Positions 10,341 through 24,211 are shown, counted from the stretch's first letter. The stretch is 64,000 nucleotides of DNA from Lingula anatina (GCA_051362555.1 CM120648.1:3716587-3780586); one strand, 5' to 3'. The notes: a model not told the origin generated them from the sequence alone. Numbers and translations: made by a program.

Positions 10341-10652
10341 GGGACCATTCAGATCGAGGAGAGCCGAGTGCTAGCTAGGCCACGACCTAAATATGGTAGA
10401 CCTACATGAAAGGAAGATCGCTTAATCCTGTAATGGTCTCTCCGCCTCTTACACGCCTCCCCATGCGTCGGATCTTGACCAGTTGAATTGAGCCAAGATT
10501 TGATTACTGTGCCCCTGCAGGGACAACGCGTGGGAAGGTGTGTGAGAGGCGGAGAGACCATTACAGGATTAAGTGGTTTTCTTTCATGTAGGTCCGCCAT
10601 ATTAAGGTTGTGGCCTAGCTAGCACTCGGATCTTCTCGATCTGAATGGGGCC
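10341..10652. mobile_element. PIF/Harbinger-type (Tourist-like) foldback MITE
   Basis: ~130-bp inverted arms starting GGGACCATTCAGATCGAG / ending CTCGATCTGAATGGGGCC; TTA on both flanks. Confidence 0.85.
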
Positions 10653-11005
10653 TTAGACATGTGAATTCTAAAAAAATTTGTATGAAAAGAAGTTTGTAAT
10701 ACACAGCATTCTTACTTCCTCCAAGCTTCTCAGTGATGACATTTGCAGTAAAATAGGAATGTATATAGTCGTATCCTGTGTTGGCAAGTCAAGTCATTCT
10801 GTTACGTCTTTGAATCATGTATAGCACTTGGGTGTCGTCAAGCTACATTAATTAAAACCAGAACAATGTTGCAATAAATCCTGGTAATTGCCTCTGAAAA
10901 CAATTAATCATTTAATTGCCAATTGCTGCTTTCTCATTTCTTTTCATGCTTCCATTTTTAAGGCTTTAGGTGAACCAATCCAATTAGTCGACCTGCCTCT
11001 ATCAA

Positions 11006-11037
<32 letters not shown>

Positions 11038-12489
11038 AAAAAAAAAAAAAGCTGCTACTTGTACAGTAATTACTCCATCTTTCCAATGGGGGGAAAATTG
11101 TAAATTCTACAGAGACTATTTTTCAAGTCAATTTCTTAAAATTAGAGCATTCCTATTGATTGGTGGAAACAAAGTTAAAGCAAGCTACTCTATACTCTTA
11201 TTCTTTATATGTTATATACATAATTTTTGTGATTATAAAATTATGCATCTGAAAATTTGAAAATTTGTTCCCATTGAAAAAAATTGAGTCATTACCCTAT
11301 GTGCTTTTTTATGTTTAAATGTTGGAAATGGGGGGGGGGGGGGGGGGGGGGAGAGAAGACTCAACTGTGGACACAAAATATCTTTGATATAGCCTCTTAT
11401 TCACCTTCTCTCTGAAACAAACAAATCAACTAACAAATAAATCAATAATTAATAGTCTTTTTAAGTGACTTATCTCTTTACTATGAATGCTGGGGTATTA
11501 GGTAGGCTCTCATATAGCATTTTTCCTTTAAATCCTCAACCCTTCCCAATTTTTTTTTTTTACAAAACAAGGCCATAGATAAAGAAAAATTTAGGGACAG
11601 CTGCTGAAGTCTTGCACTACAAAAAAAAAAAAACGTTAATTGTCGGCCTACCACGAGTGGTATTCAACTAGCTGCTGACTAAAGGAAAAGGAATTAAAAG
11701 ACTTCCGTTATGATAAGAGAAAGGAAAATACTAACATTTTGTAAATATTTTCCAAAAACATAATTTTCAAAAGTTTTCTATGGGAAAACTACCCTGTAAA
11801 ATAGAATAAAAATGATAACCAGACGACCATTGCCAAAAATTATGCTTAATTTCAATTTATACTGTATGCATGTGCAGCACACCCCATTCTCATTTTTTCA
11901 AAAAAAAAAAAAAAAAAGAGTAAAATTGCCCAGCCATGATTTTAGACGTACACTGTGACACACACACACACACACACATACACACACACTTTCCATACCA
12001 AATACCAATTCCTTTTTTAGCTGACATGAATGCAATTGATAGGCTATGAGTGGCATTTGAATACAGTCAAACTGGATCTAATTGATAGTGTCAGCCTCTC
12101 TCATGTCGGGGGATAGGAACCCGTATTGATTATCAATGAATATTTCTGTTGCTGAAGGCCAGGCGCATGAGAGACATTAATCAACGGAACAAGTGACAGT
12201 TTCAACCTCGGATTAGGAATTTATTGATAATAATGGCGAGACCAAGGGATTTAGCGCACATGTATGCCTAATTTTCTTGAAGGAAATTATATACTAGTAG
12301 TTTCTTCTTTATGATATTCAGAATTGAAAGTAATGGAATGTGGCGTTGATTAATAGACCCCCAAAAGAAATTCATATTTTAAATTGTTTTATCAGATTAT
12401 TACTACTTGATTTGATTCATATGAAATACTGAAGATGTGCCTTACGCTTTGGGTGACTTTGAAGAGCTTAAACATATTACATGTCCTTT

Positions 12490-12637
12490 GGGGGGGAGGG
12501 GTTAGGTGGAGGGTTGGGAAAGGTTTAAATTTTAATGTTAGGTTATATGGCATTTTTCATTTCTCAGCTCACGTGGACCACTATTTCAAAATGACCCCCC
12601 CCCCCCCCCCCCCTTTGAAAATGCTGATTGCAGGCTG
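12490..12637 (+). mobile_element. Degenerate 3' part of the CAGG-ended family
   Basis: poly(C)-TTTGAAAATGCTGATTGCAGGCTG resembles poly(C)-TTTTGAAATTGCTGGCTACTGGCCTG of the 4898 copy. Confidence 0.4.
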
Positions 12638-13925
12638 AAATATCTTTTCTATGTACATGTGGTATAAAAACAAAGGTTTCACAAACTTCACATTGTTCTT
12701 TTAGATCGCAAATAATTTAATTTGTAATGTAAAGAAAAATGTATATCATTCTTCTGATAAGTAAAGTTGAGAATGGATAAATTGAAAAAAAAGGGAAAAA
12801 AATGGTTGGTATTTCCTGCTTAGTCATTAAACTAAAGTCATTATCAAGAGTCATAAATGTTTGCTCTTGCAGACTAATAGATCGTGAATTGAGTGGTTGA
12901 AATCAGGTATTACGTGACTTGAGTAGGGCTGTTCTGCTGTCTACTTGTATGAATTTAAACTTACCTAGCTGATAGGTGGCAGCCTCTAATCCATTTGATC
13001 TCTTCATTATGAAAACAATTTGGGGGGAAACATGTATGATTAACTGCCATTTGAATGAATTAGGAGAGTATTTGACAGGGAGGATAAAGGAATGATACAA
13101 CAGAAGTAAAGAAAGAGAGAGAGAGAGAGCGAGAGAAGTGAGTGGGGAGATAGGCAAAAATTTAACATGGTCCTGTAAAGTCATATGTACATACTAATAT
13201 ATGTACTTGTACAGTATTTAAACCATGTAAATTAAGGTCATGCAATTTTTTTTACATTTGAAAGCCTCTCACTAAACTAATGCATTATTCTTCATTAATG
13301 TAACATACTAATATTCTTCTCTCCTGCTCCCCCCACCTCTCCCCCCCCCCCCCCCATCCAATGGCCTCCCCACTCATTCTAGAGTGTGAAAAGGAACAGA
13401 TCCATTACAAGAGATAACAACCTGGCCATTCAGCCATCATATTATACCTTATCATGCACATGTTTGCACAAAGATCGCTGAAAGATGACAGACTGATAGC
13501 CCCACACAAGTGAGGTCCTCCTTTGGTTGGATTATGTTGACTTTCTCCTTGAAGAAGAAAGGCAAAGTCTACATTGTACTCAGATTAGAAAGGCCTGTGT
13601 CGGCCACCTTTCTGATGGCTATTATTCAGGAGAGACCTGTCTTACTCTGATAGTATACAGGTATGTTATCGCGGGCAGGTGTTCCAGCGACAAAAGGAAC
13701 AAAACTATATGTGTATATAGTGGATAAATCTGTGGAAATTAATTCGCCACTTGTTATCTGTTATTTGCAAAATTCAGTGTCAACTTTGGAAGGGCTCTGA
13801 AAGTAGGACACTGACTATAAAAGCATTTTTTTGTGTGTAGTACATCAAAGCGGTGACATGTTTTATCTTGGATTGACACAGTTATAGGTGTCGGTTGTAT
13901 GAGGGTGTCTACAGAGGGTGCAATG

Positions 13926-13929
<4 letters not shown>

Positions 13930-13976
<47 letters not shown>
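13930..13976. repeat. (GA)n microsatellite
   Basis: Pure GA run. Confidence 0.95.
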
Positions 13977-13977
<1 letters not shown>

Positions 13978-15564
13978 CTTATTTTCACGTTACACGTCAT
14001 ATTAGCTCCCATGGTGTTGCCATTTACCGATGATTAAAAATTTGCATTGTGAAGCATCTGAAAAGAGAACCTCCTAAGTGAATGTTATCTATAGCTGACA
14101 CACATTCAAGCATACCCCCCCACTGACTGAGCCCCGATTATATGTCCCATATTAATTTAGTGCACTTGACAAACATTAAGTAAGTTGAAACTGAAAAGAG
14201 TGACAGACAGCATGCTCCTTTAAGGTAAGGTGATTTAAAAAAAAAAAATGACTTTCACTGTATGCTGCTTTGAATTATTATGTTTAAGGGAGCTCTTGGT
14301 GCTAGCATACTTGATAGCATATCATAATTAAGTTAATGGTACATACGCAACACACCACCATGGAGAACAAAAGTGTTATTTTTTATTTGTCTGCTGTTTG
14401 AATAGTTATAAGTTCAAGAGAGGCAGTGCCCTTATTTTATATATTGTATATTTACATGGGTTGATGGGACCATGATATAATGTCACTACATGGCATTGTG
14501 TCACCTTTACCTGTATAGCACTTCACAGGTTTACATTTTCATGAAAGCATGTTAATTTTTATTAGGTCTGTATCAGGTCCTAGTTCTGTATTTACAAATC
14601 CCTGGGAGACTGGTCCATATTTAGGTAAATCTGCACAGGGTAATATATGCTTTATCTCATTTGTAAGCAATTTCTTAGATGTAAATCTACTATTTGTAAT
14701 TTTGGAATTATTATATTTTCATTGTATGTATGGGTGTGTGAAAAGGTACCTTGGCCTATGATTGTACACAGTCTGGTACACAAATTTGTATGACATAAAA
14801 TGTTTTTAAAGGGATGGTGCATGTTTCAAAACCCTAAATACTGGTTTAAAAAAAAAAACAAAACAAACAAAAAATAAAAAAAAATAAATAAATAAAACAT
14901 AATTCAAACGGGAAGCAAGAAACTTTCTTAAATCTCACACATGATTAAAACATACGATGATTGGTGAACAGTTTTTTTGGCATGGTGGGGAGCATGAGAG
15001 CTTGAAACTAAAAATCAGTTGGTTTTTCTGTCTTATAACATGAGAAGTCATTGACACTGATGTAGATTCAAAGGTTCTTAGAATGGTTGAAACGTGTCAC
15101 ATGTTTCTAAATGTTGAAAAGTAAAAGAGCCCTACTGATTAAATTTTAATTAATATAAATTGATAAGCAGAGCTTTACTAAATGCCAAATGTTGGTAGCA
15201 ACGCTGTGGCAGTACCTAATAGATAATTAATAAACCATTACTTGAAAAAATTAATAATACTATAAAATAGTAATATTTAATGATTGGTAATACTTAAAGA
15301 TAGATAATATTAACTAATTTTGAATAATGATATTTGCTTTAAAATTGATTAAATTTAATTAATAGATATAGACCTACTTAACACCGAATATTGGCAGCTA
15401 TGTTGTGGCAGATAACAGATAGCTTATAGAGTGCTACTTAATGCAGTTGATTGACTATTGACATGTTTGTTTGGTGATCGAGGCAGGTGACAGAAGTATC
15501 CTTGAATTTGCCCTATATTCAGGCCCCAGGGGCACTGAAATAATTACCAATAGGTCACATCTAG

Positions 15565-15951
15565 GGCCGCATTCACAACCAAAGTTGATCCCCAAACTAA
15601 CAGATCCGCAGATTTTATAGGGCCGAAGCAGTTGAAAGCTTGCCATGTATATCCCCCATGGGGAATCTGTTCAGTGTCTATTAGGGGATTCTGCAGCAAG
15701 CTTTCAAGTAGGTCGGCCACATTTAATCTATGTTTCTGTTAGGCTCCATTCAGAATAGGGGAGTAACTAGTCCGAGGGTCAAATATGGCCAACCCACTTG
15801 AATACTTCCCCATGTGATATCTTTTTAAGTGTCCATTGGTGGATTTGATGACAAGCTTTGTAGTGGGTCGCCACATTTAACCCCTTGACTAGTTAGTCCC
15901 ATATTCTGAATGGGGCCTTAATCTGCTGATCAACTGGTTGTGAATACAACC
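15565..15951. mobile_element. Harbinger-like MITE (host), interrupted by a nested MITE
   Basis: Ends GGCCGCATTCACAACC / GGTTGTGAATACAACC, TAG on both flanks; ~80-bp arm symmetry restored when 15742-15917 plus one TTA is removed. Confidence 0.8.
15742..15917. mobile_element. Nested Harbinger-like MITE
   Basis: Ends GGCTCCATTCAGAATA / TATTCTGAATGGGGCC, TTA TSD (15739-15741, 15918-15920); same termini as 10341-10652. Confidence 0.85.
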
Positions 15952-16002
15952 TAGCAGTCAGTTATGTAAGCAAGGACGTCTGAATAAGGATAGAAATGTT
16001 GT

Positions 16003-16383
16003 CTCACAGATTAAAAAACAATTAATTTTTTTTAGAAACAATTTTTTTTTTTTTGCTTTCTTCTTAAAATACTAAATTTTGTCTGTCTAGTCCAATAAAA
16101 AAAAAAAAAGAAAAAAAAATGAAGACTAAATCTAAAGGCCTAAGGCCTCACAGATTAAAAAATTAAAAAAAAAAAAACAATTTCCTTTTTTTGTTTTTTT
16201 CTTAAAATACTAAATTTTCTCTGTATAATCCAATCAAAAATTTAAAAAAAAAACTGAAGACTTAATCTAAAGGCCTCACAGATTAAAAAATTAATAAAAA
16301 AATCCTTTTTTCCTTTCTTCTTAAAATAGTACATTTTGTCCGTATAAATCCAATCAAAAAAAAAAAAAAAAATGAAGACTAAT
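16003..16383. repeat. Three-copy tandem repeat, unit ~130-145 bp
   Basis: CTCACAGATTAAAAAA...TTCTTAAAATA...TCCAAT..A(n)TGAAGACT starting at 16003, 16147, 16275. Confidence 0.85.
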
Positions 16384-17328
16384 GAAACAAATCAGACCAC
16401 AGGTGCCATGTGTCAGTCACTGTAATTACAAGCCACTTGAGTTTTAGTATTTGTGTGGTTTAAGTATTACGATTTTTAAGATATTAAGTCTAAGGATTAA
16501 ATGCCATTAAAGCAAACATGCGGGCAAGAGAGAGAAGAAAAAGAAAAATTACAATTTTGTTTAGGCAGGTATTACTAACATTTTATCAAATAAGTGATAG
16601 ATTCATCAAATAATGATTGATTGAATGGATATCCTTGGTCTTTTTAAACTAAATAATTATTTAAAGTTAATGTTCCTGACTTGGAGAGTTTTTTCAGGGA
16701 GCTTCTGGCTATAGCCCATAGCCTTCAATTCTCTCTCATTTATATATGATGTTGATGACATAATTTTATGATGGGAACTGGAGAATTCAAGCAGTTGAGC
16801 ATGTGGTAGAGCATATTAAACCGTGTGATATTTAACAATTTTAAATACACTATATCTTTCAGGAACAACTACCCTGAGGAGGATATCTGATGCCTGTCTG
16901 CCTGTTTCTATTTTTCATTTTCAACTCTCCATCCCCACATGTTCACACTTATCATCAGACAAATGGGAATTAATAACTAAAAGTGAAAAAAGCTGGCATG
17001 TGTCAGATCTAAAAGTCAGGCAAGTAACAACAAAAGTAAACAAAGAATAATCTTTTTTTTAAACATTATTATGGTTGAAAAGTTGAGAAGATGCTTTTTA
17101 GTAAGTAATAGATTTATCAGATGTTTTGATTTAGTTGATTTAGTCAGTAAAAGGCTATTACTGTTTAACTCTCTTTTGTACTTAAATCAGGTACGTGTAT
17201 GAAGAAGGAATGACAAATTTTTGAAAAACAAAATAGAATAATGAGAATTAGACTAACAGATTGAACTGAAGATCAACACAAGATAATCATTTGGTACAGG
17301 TGGATAAAGAACAAGAGGCCTTGTTGCT

Positions 17329-17407
17329 ATGGAAACTACAAATGTTGGGGTAACCATGGAAATGGCTCCAGACTGCAGTGCCAACTGTGAGGCAATCGGA
17401 TTAGCAG
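17329..17407 (+). CDS. KAZN: Candidate first coding exon of kazrin (METTNVGVTMEMAPDCSANCEAIGLA)
   Basis: Acceptor tacag at 17299, in-frame upstream TAA, ATG 17329, phase-1 donor G|GTAGGT matches the phase-1 acceptor at 49717; no homology check possible. Confidence 0.5.
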
Positions 17408-20174
17408 GTAGGTGCAAATTGGTTTGATCAATGGATTTTGGATAAATTAAGGGACAGGAATTGAATAACCAACATAAACTTAAAAACATCTCTGCTTGAT
17501 CAAATGCAGAATACACCCCCTTCGCCAACTACCCTCTTAATTAAAAATGTGGTTTTTGGTTTTCAAAAACTGCTTGAAAATATTAGAATTTTGAAGGTTA
17601 ACTTTCTTCTTTAAAGTGAATTTCTTATACATGTTGACATCATCATATTTTTATCATAACATTGATATGATATTCTGTGCTTTGATTGATAGCACTGACA
17701 TTTTATTTTTAAATTGTCCTTAGTAAGCTGATACTTAGTGTCTACCTGCAATTGTTATATATACCTTCTTTCACGTAATCCAATTAGATTTGTTATATCC
17801 CGTGACATTTTGGTTTCTAAAAATTCCTGTTCATAGACCTACAAATAGCTCATGTAATCTTAAAATGTTTTTTGTTAAGTGTAATTTTACAAGTGTATGC
17901 GTTGGTCGTAAATAACTGGGGCACTCCGTCTGGTTCCAAACAGGCGTGACGTAATATTGCACTATTTTATTTTTTATTGCCTGCAGTTTTATTGGTTGTT
18001 TTGCGATAACGTGATATATGACATTTAAACAGTCATTACTTGTGTAGGCGTATATAAATTATGTTGATAATTTTTAAATAAGTTTTGCAAATAATTATAC
18101 AATAATGTATTCAAAATGTGTGGAAAATGGAACCTTTTGAAAAATAGATAATGGGAAACTCAATTTTTATCAGTTAGATATTGAAAAGGTAGCAATTTTG
18201 GTGAAATTTTACAATGTGAATTTTATTATTTGTATGACCTGACAGTGTCAGAAGTAGTGCTGATTGCATTGGCTGTGTTGAAGCCCTTTGCACAACTAAC
18301 ACATTCAGGCCCTTACAAACATTATAGTGAATTATGATATTCTGTCATGTTATAGCATATAAGGTCTCCTCTGTTTCTCCCCAAAAATTCTGTAGTTCAT
18401 GCAGGAGGTGATTTTTTCAATGGGATCCTTATTAATATTTGAATGTATAAAATGGTGTGATGGTGCTTCATTATCAAGATAAAAAAGACATGCAATATTA
18501 CTATCACGGTCTATGTTATTTTCAGTAAGACTTTCTTCCGAGATGAATATTTATAAGAATAGTTGATGTGATTCTTTTTTGTCAGAATGAGAGATGGGAT
18601 ATGGCAGTGCATATTTTGGACAGGGAAAATCGATAATTTGTAAAAAAAAAAGTGTGCAAATGTTTGTTTATTTTTTTGTTTAAGTATATGGTTTTGATTA
18701 TCTAAATTATGCATTGGTCACTTTCTTGTCCTAACTACATTCCTAGTGTCTGTCTGTTGTGTGTCTGTCTGCCTGTCTAGCCGTCTGTGTGTCTGTCTGC
18801 CTGTATGTGTGTCTTTCTCTTTCTCTGATCTGCTCTGAATTTAGGAGTTTTACTGTTAACCATAGCCCTCAAAGACTGTGCCTCTGTCGCAAGTTACTTG
18901 TGCTGTATGCAATAGGTGGATTTCCAGTAAACTCTGAAACTCAGGGTCCCTTATTCGTTCACCCATGTGTCTTTCAACCCATCTATCCATCCAGTCTGGC
19001 CTCCTATTCAGTTGTTAATCATATCAGGCACATAATCCTTGGCATGTGTGGAGATAAAATGTAACATACTCATGAGTTGCATTGAAATGCATAACAGAAC
19101 CCCCAAACATCGGGGACAGACAACATAAACAGTGTAAAAATTGACCTTAAACATGTAGACGGGTTAATGCTTTTCTTAATGTCACCTGAGCCAAATCATT
19201 TGTCACAGTATGTGTGTGATGCCTGGGACAAGACACTATGTACACAGCAGCTGGCGCCCTCTATAGGGGGCCTGTGAAGTGACTACTGGAGTAGCTGCAC
19301 TCTGGATGGGTTGTATGTCAGAAGGTCGTGGGGTGTGCATTTGAAAGGTCAAGGCACTGACTTTTTTATCAGCTGCATGTAAGATAGGGAGAGGAGGCGT
19401 GCTGGGGCTGTGGATTTTTTTTACCTCACGGAAGTTGCAGCTGACTTCAGGAGAACTTTTTTGGTGCCAGTTTTTTTTTAGGATACGCAAAGGAGAAGGT
19501 ATGTGTGGTTATCATTATGTTTATGTCTTTTAAATTCAACTTTTTGTATAATTTTTATTATACACCTGTGAGGGAGATCTAATTTGAATTGAACCAGTCA
19601 GAATCAGCAAAGGAGTTATATAAAGTGTATATGTGTATCAGCTAGCCAGGTTGTAGGCTGTGCATCGTCATCACTGACAACATAGCTAAACGTACAACAC
19701 CTCATTGTTGCTGATGTTCGTCAGGTGAATGGAATCAGGAAGGTCTCGGGGTGATGTCTGTGCTCAAGTGGCTGTAGGAAGTTACAGTAGTTTAAAGGGA
19801 AACTGTTTCAGGTGTAGTGAGGTATGTGATTCAAATGGTTTCATTTTGTGTAAACATTCAACCAGTCTGCCGTCAGACCTGAGCTGGATGTGGTTGAATG
19901 TGACTTGCAGCATTTTTATATGAAGGTATATGGTGTTGTGCAGAAAAAATTCAGTAGCATGTGTGTAGATGAATGTGACTTGCATCTTTTATATTTACAA
20001 GTCTTTCTAATTTTTGACTAGATTCTATGAGTTTTTTTTTTTTTTTTTTTTGTTACATTTCTTACATTAATGATAATACAGATGCCAAATATGAAAAGTA
20101 TCACTTTGCACTTTTCGCTTATGCCAGCTAGCATGCAAGTTTACACACAAGCCTCCTGGTGTGCATGCACTTAT

Positions 20175-20256
20175 ACACACACACACACACACACGCACAC
20201 ACACACACACACACTGTCACACACACACACACACACTGTCACACACACACACACAC
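20175..20256. repeat. Interrupted (CA)n microsatellite
   Basis: CA runs interrupted by CTGT. Confidence 0.9.
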
Positions 20257-22678
20257 GTGGACATGCATGCGCACAAACATGCCTGCTTCAGAATAGGGAC
20301 AGAATTCAGGAACCTAGTGTACTGTGCACTCTGTGATGTGAAACAATAATGAATATGCTGAATGTTTCATCTACTTCTGCCTTCAAAATCAGTTCAGATA
20401 GAGGAAAAGAGAGTTTTTCACAATACCTTTATGTATTATGTATACCTGGCAGATTAGTAATTGGCTTAAAAGTGTGGGAAAGGTAAAGGGTTAGCAGACT
20501 GTTAAAAACATGCCACCGTGCTAAATATATGAATATCTCCTGTTTGGAATAAAATAGCTGGTAATAGTGCAAGCTTCAGCTCACATTTAGGGTACAATAA
20601 TTGTTCAGTCAGTTTGAACAAAAGTAAGTAATGTTTTTTCAAAAAAAAATCTGTAAAAAGGCATTTGTTATTAATATCTTAAAAACATTTAACATTGAAG
20701 ACATTTGTGGTCAAGACTAAAACTAATATTTAAGAGTAAACTAATGCATGGTAAATAGAGAAAAGACAAATATTATTAGAATATTTATGGTGTTCAAAAT
20801 TTACGAATAATTGCCATATTTTAAATATGGTCTACTGGTACCATTAGGATCCGACACAATAATTGAAAAATTGTCACCGTTGCCATAAACACTCTTTGAA
20901 CAGCTAACCACAGAGACAAATATTGAATGGGCTCTGGTTTTTATTTAGCTAAAAGCAGGCTTTTTCATGCCCACATCTGGTAAAAGTGTTGTGGGAATGG
21001 ATTGAGGATTTGAGGGTCATTATGGTAAATGCTGATTAAATTGGAACGTAGAAATAAATGTCCACAGTACAGTGTTTTGAATTATTAGTAATAATAAAAT
21101 ATATTAATTTGAATATTTTGACAATTTTGTAGACTTCGTGTCAAAAAGTATACTTTTACAGTTAACTTAAAATCTTACCTCTTTGAAGAAATAAGATATT
21201 AGGATAAGTGAGGTGTATGAGAATCTTAAGTAGTTACCATATTTTCCCCAGTTTGTATTAGTATGCTTTAAATGAAGGTGCATTTCCAATGAAGAAAAAT
21301 AGTTTCTGTGAAAAATAGTGACTTATCATGATATATGAGAAGGTCCCCCTTCCCCCCTTCCTCATACATTCCCCCTTCCCCCCCTCCTGGCCCCCCTCCC
21401 TTCCTCCCATCCCTTACCTCGTCCTTTCTTCTGTCTGTCCCTTCTCTTCCAAAAACTGTTGCCAAATATGAGTTTAGAGAACAGAGGATGAGTCATTTAC
21501 CATCATCAGTGAAGGAAAAAACAAAGTCGCAAATTATTTTCAATTGATTACGTCTGCACACTTAGAGGGAACCACTTGGGATTGCTATGGTTTGATGGTA
21601 ATGGAGCAGTTATTCAATTATCAGATATCAGCAGACCCATCTGGGGTTGTACTTGTCTAGTTATAAATATCTAGACAGAAAAGTGATCCAAATTTTCATT
21701 TTTTTTGTGTGTGTAATTTGTAATTTTCTTTTCATGTAAAAGCTGCTATGGTGCTGGTTCTGTGCTTTGTGCATTCATTCTTTTTCTGCATGTCTTTTTT
21801 TAGAGGGGGGGGGGGCTTTTTATTCTCCTTGTTTTTTCACTTTTAGATGAGCTGTTTTATTTTCTTTGTTTGTAAGGTATCTGAGTAATAATGTAATATG
21901 GTTTCCCAACTGCTATGTTTTCATCCCAGTAATGAAAGGCAGTATATTTTTTTTTGTTGAACTTCTTTTTAATCAACATCAGTACGTTTCTTTTGAATAT
22001 AAAGAAATGCAAAAAAATTACCATGTATACCTCCTTTATTTTGTCAGAATATCTTTATCTTCTTCCTACATTTTATCTGTATCTCATTAATTGCCATTAT
22101 TGCTTTTTATAACAACATTTTCCATGCAAATGATCATAAGGAAAAGATACACATAAGTGCATTCATTTTGGCTCTCAGGGAGGTGGGATTTCACAGGTGA
22201 AAAACAACCTGCCCTTTCTCACATGGATAACTGCACGCGATGCACGCACCCCACAGGGAGTAAAGAAATACTATATGCAAGGAAGCCTGGTATGAGTTCC
22301 ACATGGTTGAGCTTTTTTGTTATGAAAAAAAAAAAAAAGAAACAAAAAAATTAGGTATTTCACAAAAATTTCCCAGTACCAGCATAAGATTGACAACAAA
22401 AGCACACGATAGAGGTCACAACAAGACGATAACATTTGTAATGTTTTTTTTTTCTTTTTTTTTTTTTTACTTTGGCTGGTTTTTGTTGTATTGTTGATTG
22501 AGTATGCATCAGCCAGATTGCAGATCATGTTTAAGTGAAAATTAATTCCATTTTTGAGTCAAGACCAAACACATCACTGATGAACCTGTGCTGTGAAAAA
22601 ATGTGCAGGCTATACACCAGTGCCTAAAGTGTTTGCTAAAAAGACAATTTATGTAACTTAAGGCCAGCAAAATAATAA

Positions 22679-22713
22679 TTAGGATTCCCCATAGGGGAAT
22701 GCTATTGTTTTTG

Positions 22714-22770
<57 letters not shown>
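22679..22770 (+). mobile_element. Possible truncated Helentron/HINE-like end with (TAT)n
   Basis: Hairpin ATTCCCC-ATA-GGGGAAT followed by ATTGTTTT and a (TAT)n tract; other end not found. Confidence 0.35.
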
Positions 22771-22957
22771 TTTTGTCTTTTTGTGTGTGAAACAAATTTC
22801 AATTGATTTTTTTTCTTTCTAAAGGGTCACAGAGTTTTAAGATTCTACCAGGTATTGCTTGTACATTTTTTTCAACAGAAGGACAAAGTAGTAATATATG
22901 AGATGTCCCTGATACAGCTGCTGTAACCATTCAAATTGCAGGATGGCCCGTACGTTG

Positions 22958-23003
<46 letters not shown>

Positions 23004-23424
23004 AGAGATTTACAAACTGCTTTATTTAATTGGAAAATAATCTAGCCTCAGTTAAAATTAAAAGGAACAAACTGTAAAACAGGACATAGACTTCTGGAAT
23101 TCTCTGTTTTCTATTCTTATCCTGTACGGAGTTAAAATAATATCAACAGGTCTATTAGGAGGTCCTAAGAGAGAGCTGCAGATTTTGATGTGGTGCTAAT
23201 TGCCGTAATTCATCACCTTCAATTCTCATAAAGAGGAGTAATTGGCCATTTTTACCCTGGCGTTGCTATCTGTGATTTTTTGTGAAAGTGAAAATGGGTA
23301 AGGATGAAAGAATTAATGTCAATTTGGTCCAGGTCTGAGGTCTGGATAATGCAAATACATCAATTAATTTAGTAACTTGGTGAAAGAATTTGTTAATGGC
23401 ATATGTTGAATGAGATGGTGGATG

Positions 23425-23458
<34 letters not shown>

Positions 23459-24211
23459 TGGAAAAGTAAAAGGAGTTGGTTAAAGAGGGAGAGATAATTT
23501 AAAGCTCTGGGGTACTGCATTCATTCCAGGTTCTAGAACCACATTTTTTTCTTTTTGGCAAAAAGAAAACTTTTTGTAATATTTTACCCTGAAACATGAC
23601 TAGCAAATTGCACTCCGTGAATCTCAGGAAGGGTGTAGTCAGAACTTCTCAGATGAACACAGCACTGATTCTAGATTTAAAAGAAGATGCATGTCTGAGT
23701 CATGCAAACTGAGGTAAAAGATGGACTGGAATTGAGGTGAAATGCCCAATAATTTACAGGAAATCTTACTTGGTTATTAGGTAAACATGATGGCAGCTTG
23801 CTCAGTACTTCCTGAAACTAAATCTTGAAAATTTCAAAACATCTTGTCGTATTTTTATTCATTGGTACTAATAGTCAAACTAAGTCACATCTTATGTTAT
23901 TGTCATGATCTATTCAGTACAGAGAACTTCATCATCATTATTATCATCATTTTGAATGATACCCAACTCCAGGTGTACCTAAAATAGAAAAACAACAAAT
24001 AAATAAACAACAATAAAAAGCAAAACAACCTGGATTATTGGTCCCATTCCCTGATGATGATGATTCTATGGGAGGAAAACAATTTCAGTATTAGCCATTG
24101 ATTGAATAACAATTACTTTATTCTTATAACTAAATTATTATCTGAGAAAAACTACAGTTTGAAGAAAAAATATGTATCTGATATTTTTTAATCTGTGGAT
24201 AAGTAGATATA

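Noticed and set aside
10349-10600. 83-aa minus-strand ORF
   Set aside because: Lies wholly within a foldback MITE; no transposase-like motifs
13527-13727. 66-aa ORF with a CAG|GTATGT donor
   Set aside because: TTG start, in-frame stop just upstream, no ATG, and phase 2 does not fit the kazrin acceptor
16003-16383. Repeat-spacer appearance suggesting a CRISPR-like array
   Set aside because: Whole units repeat, variable parts are homopolymers, no unique spacers or cas genes, eukaryotic context
22577-22610. CTGATGA...GAAA spacing like a minimal hammerhead ribozyme
   Set aside because: No UH cleavage site and no stem I pairing
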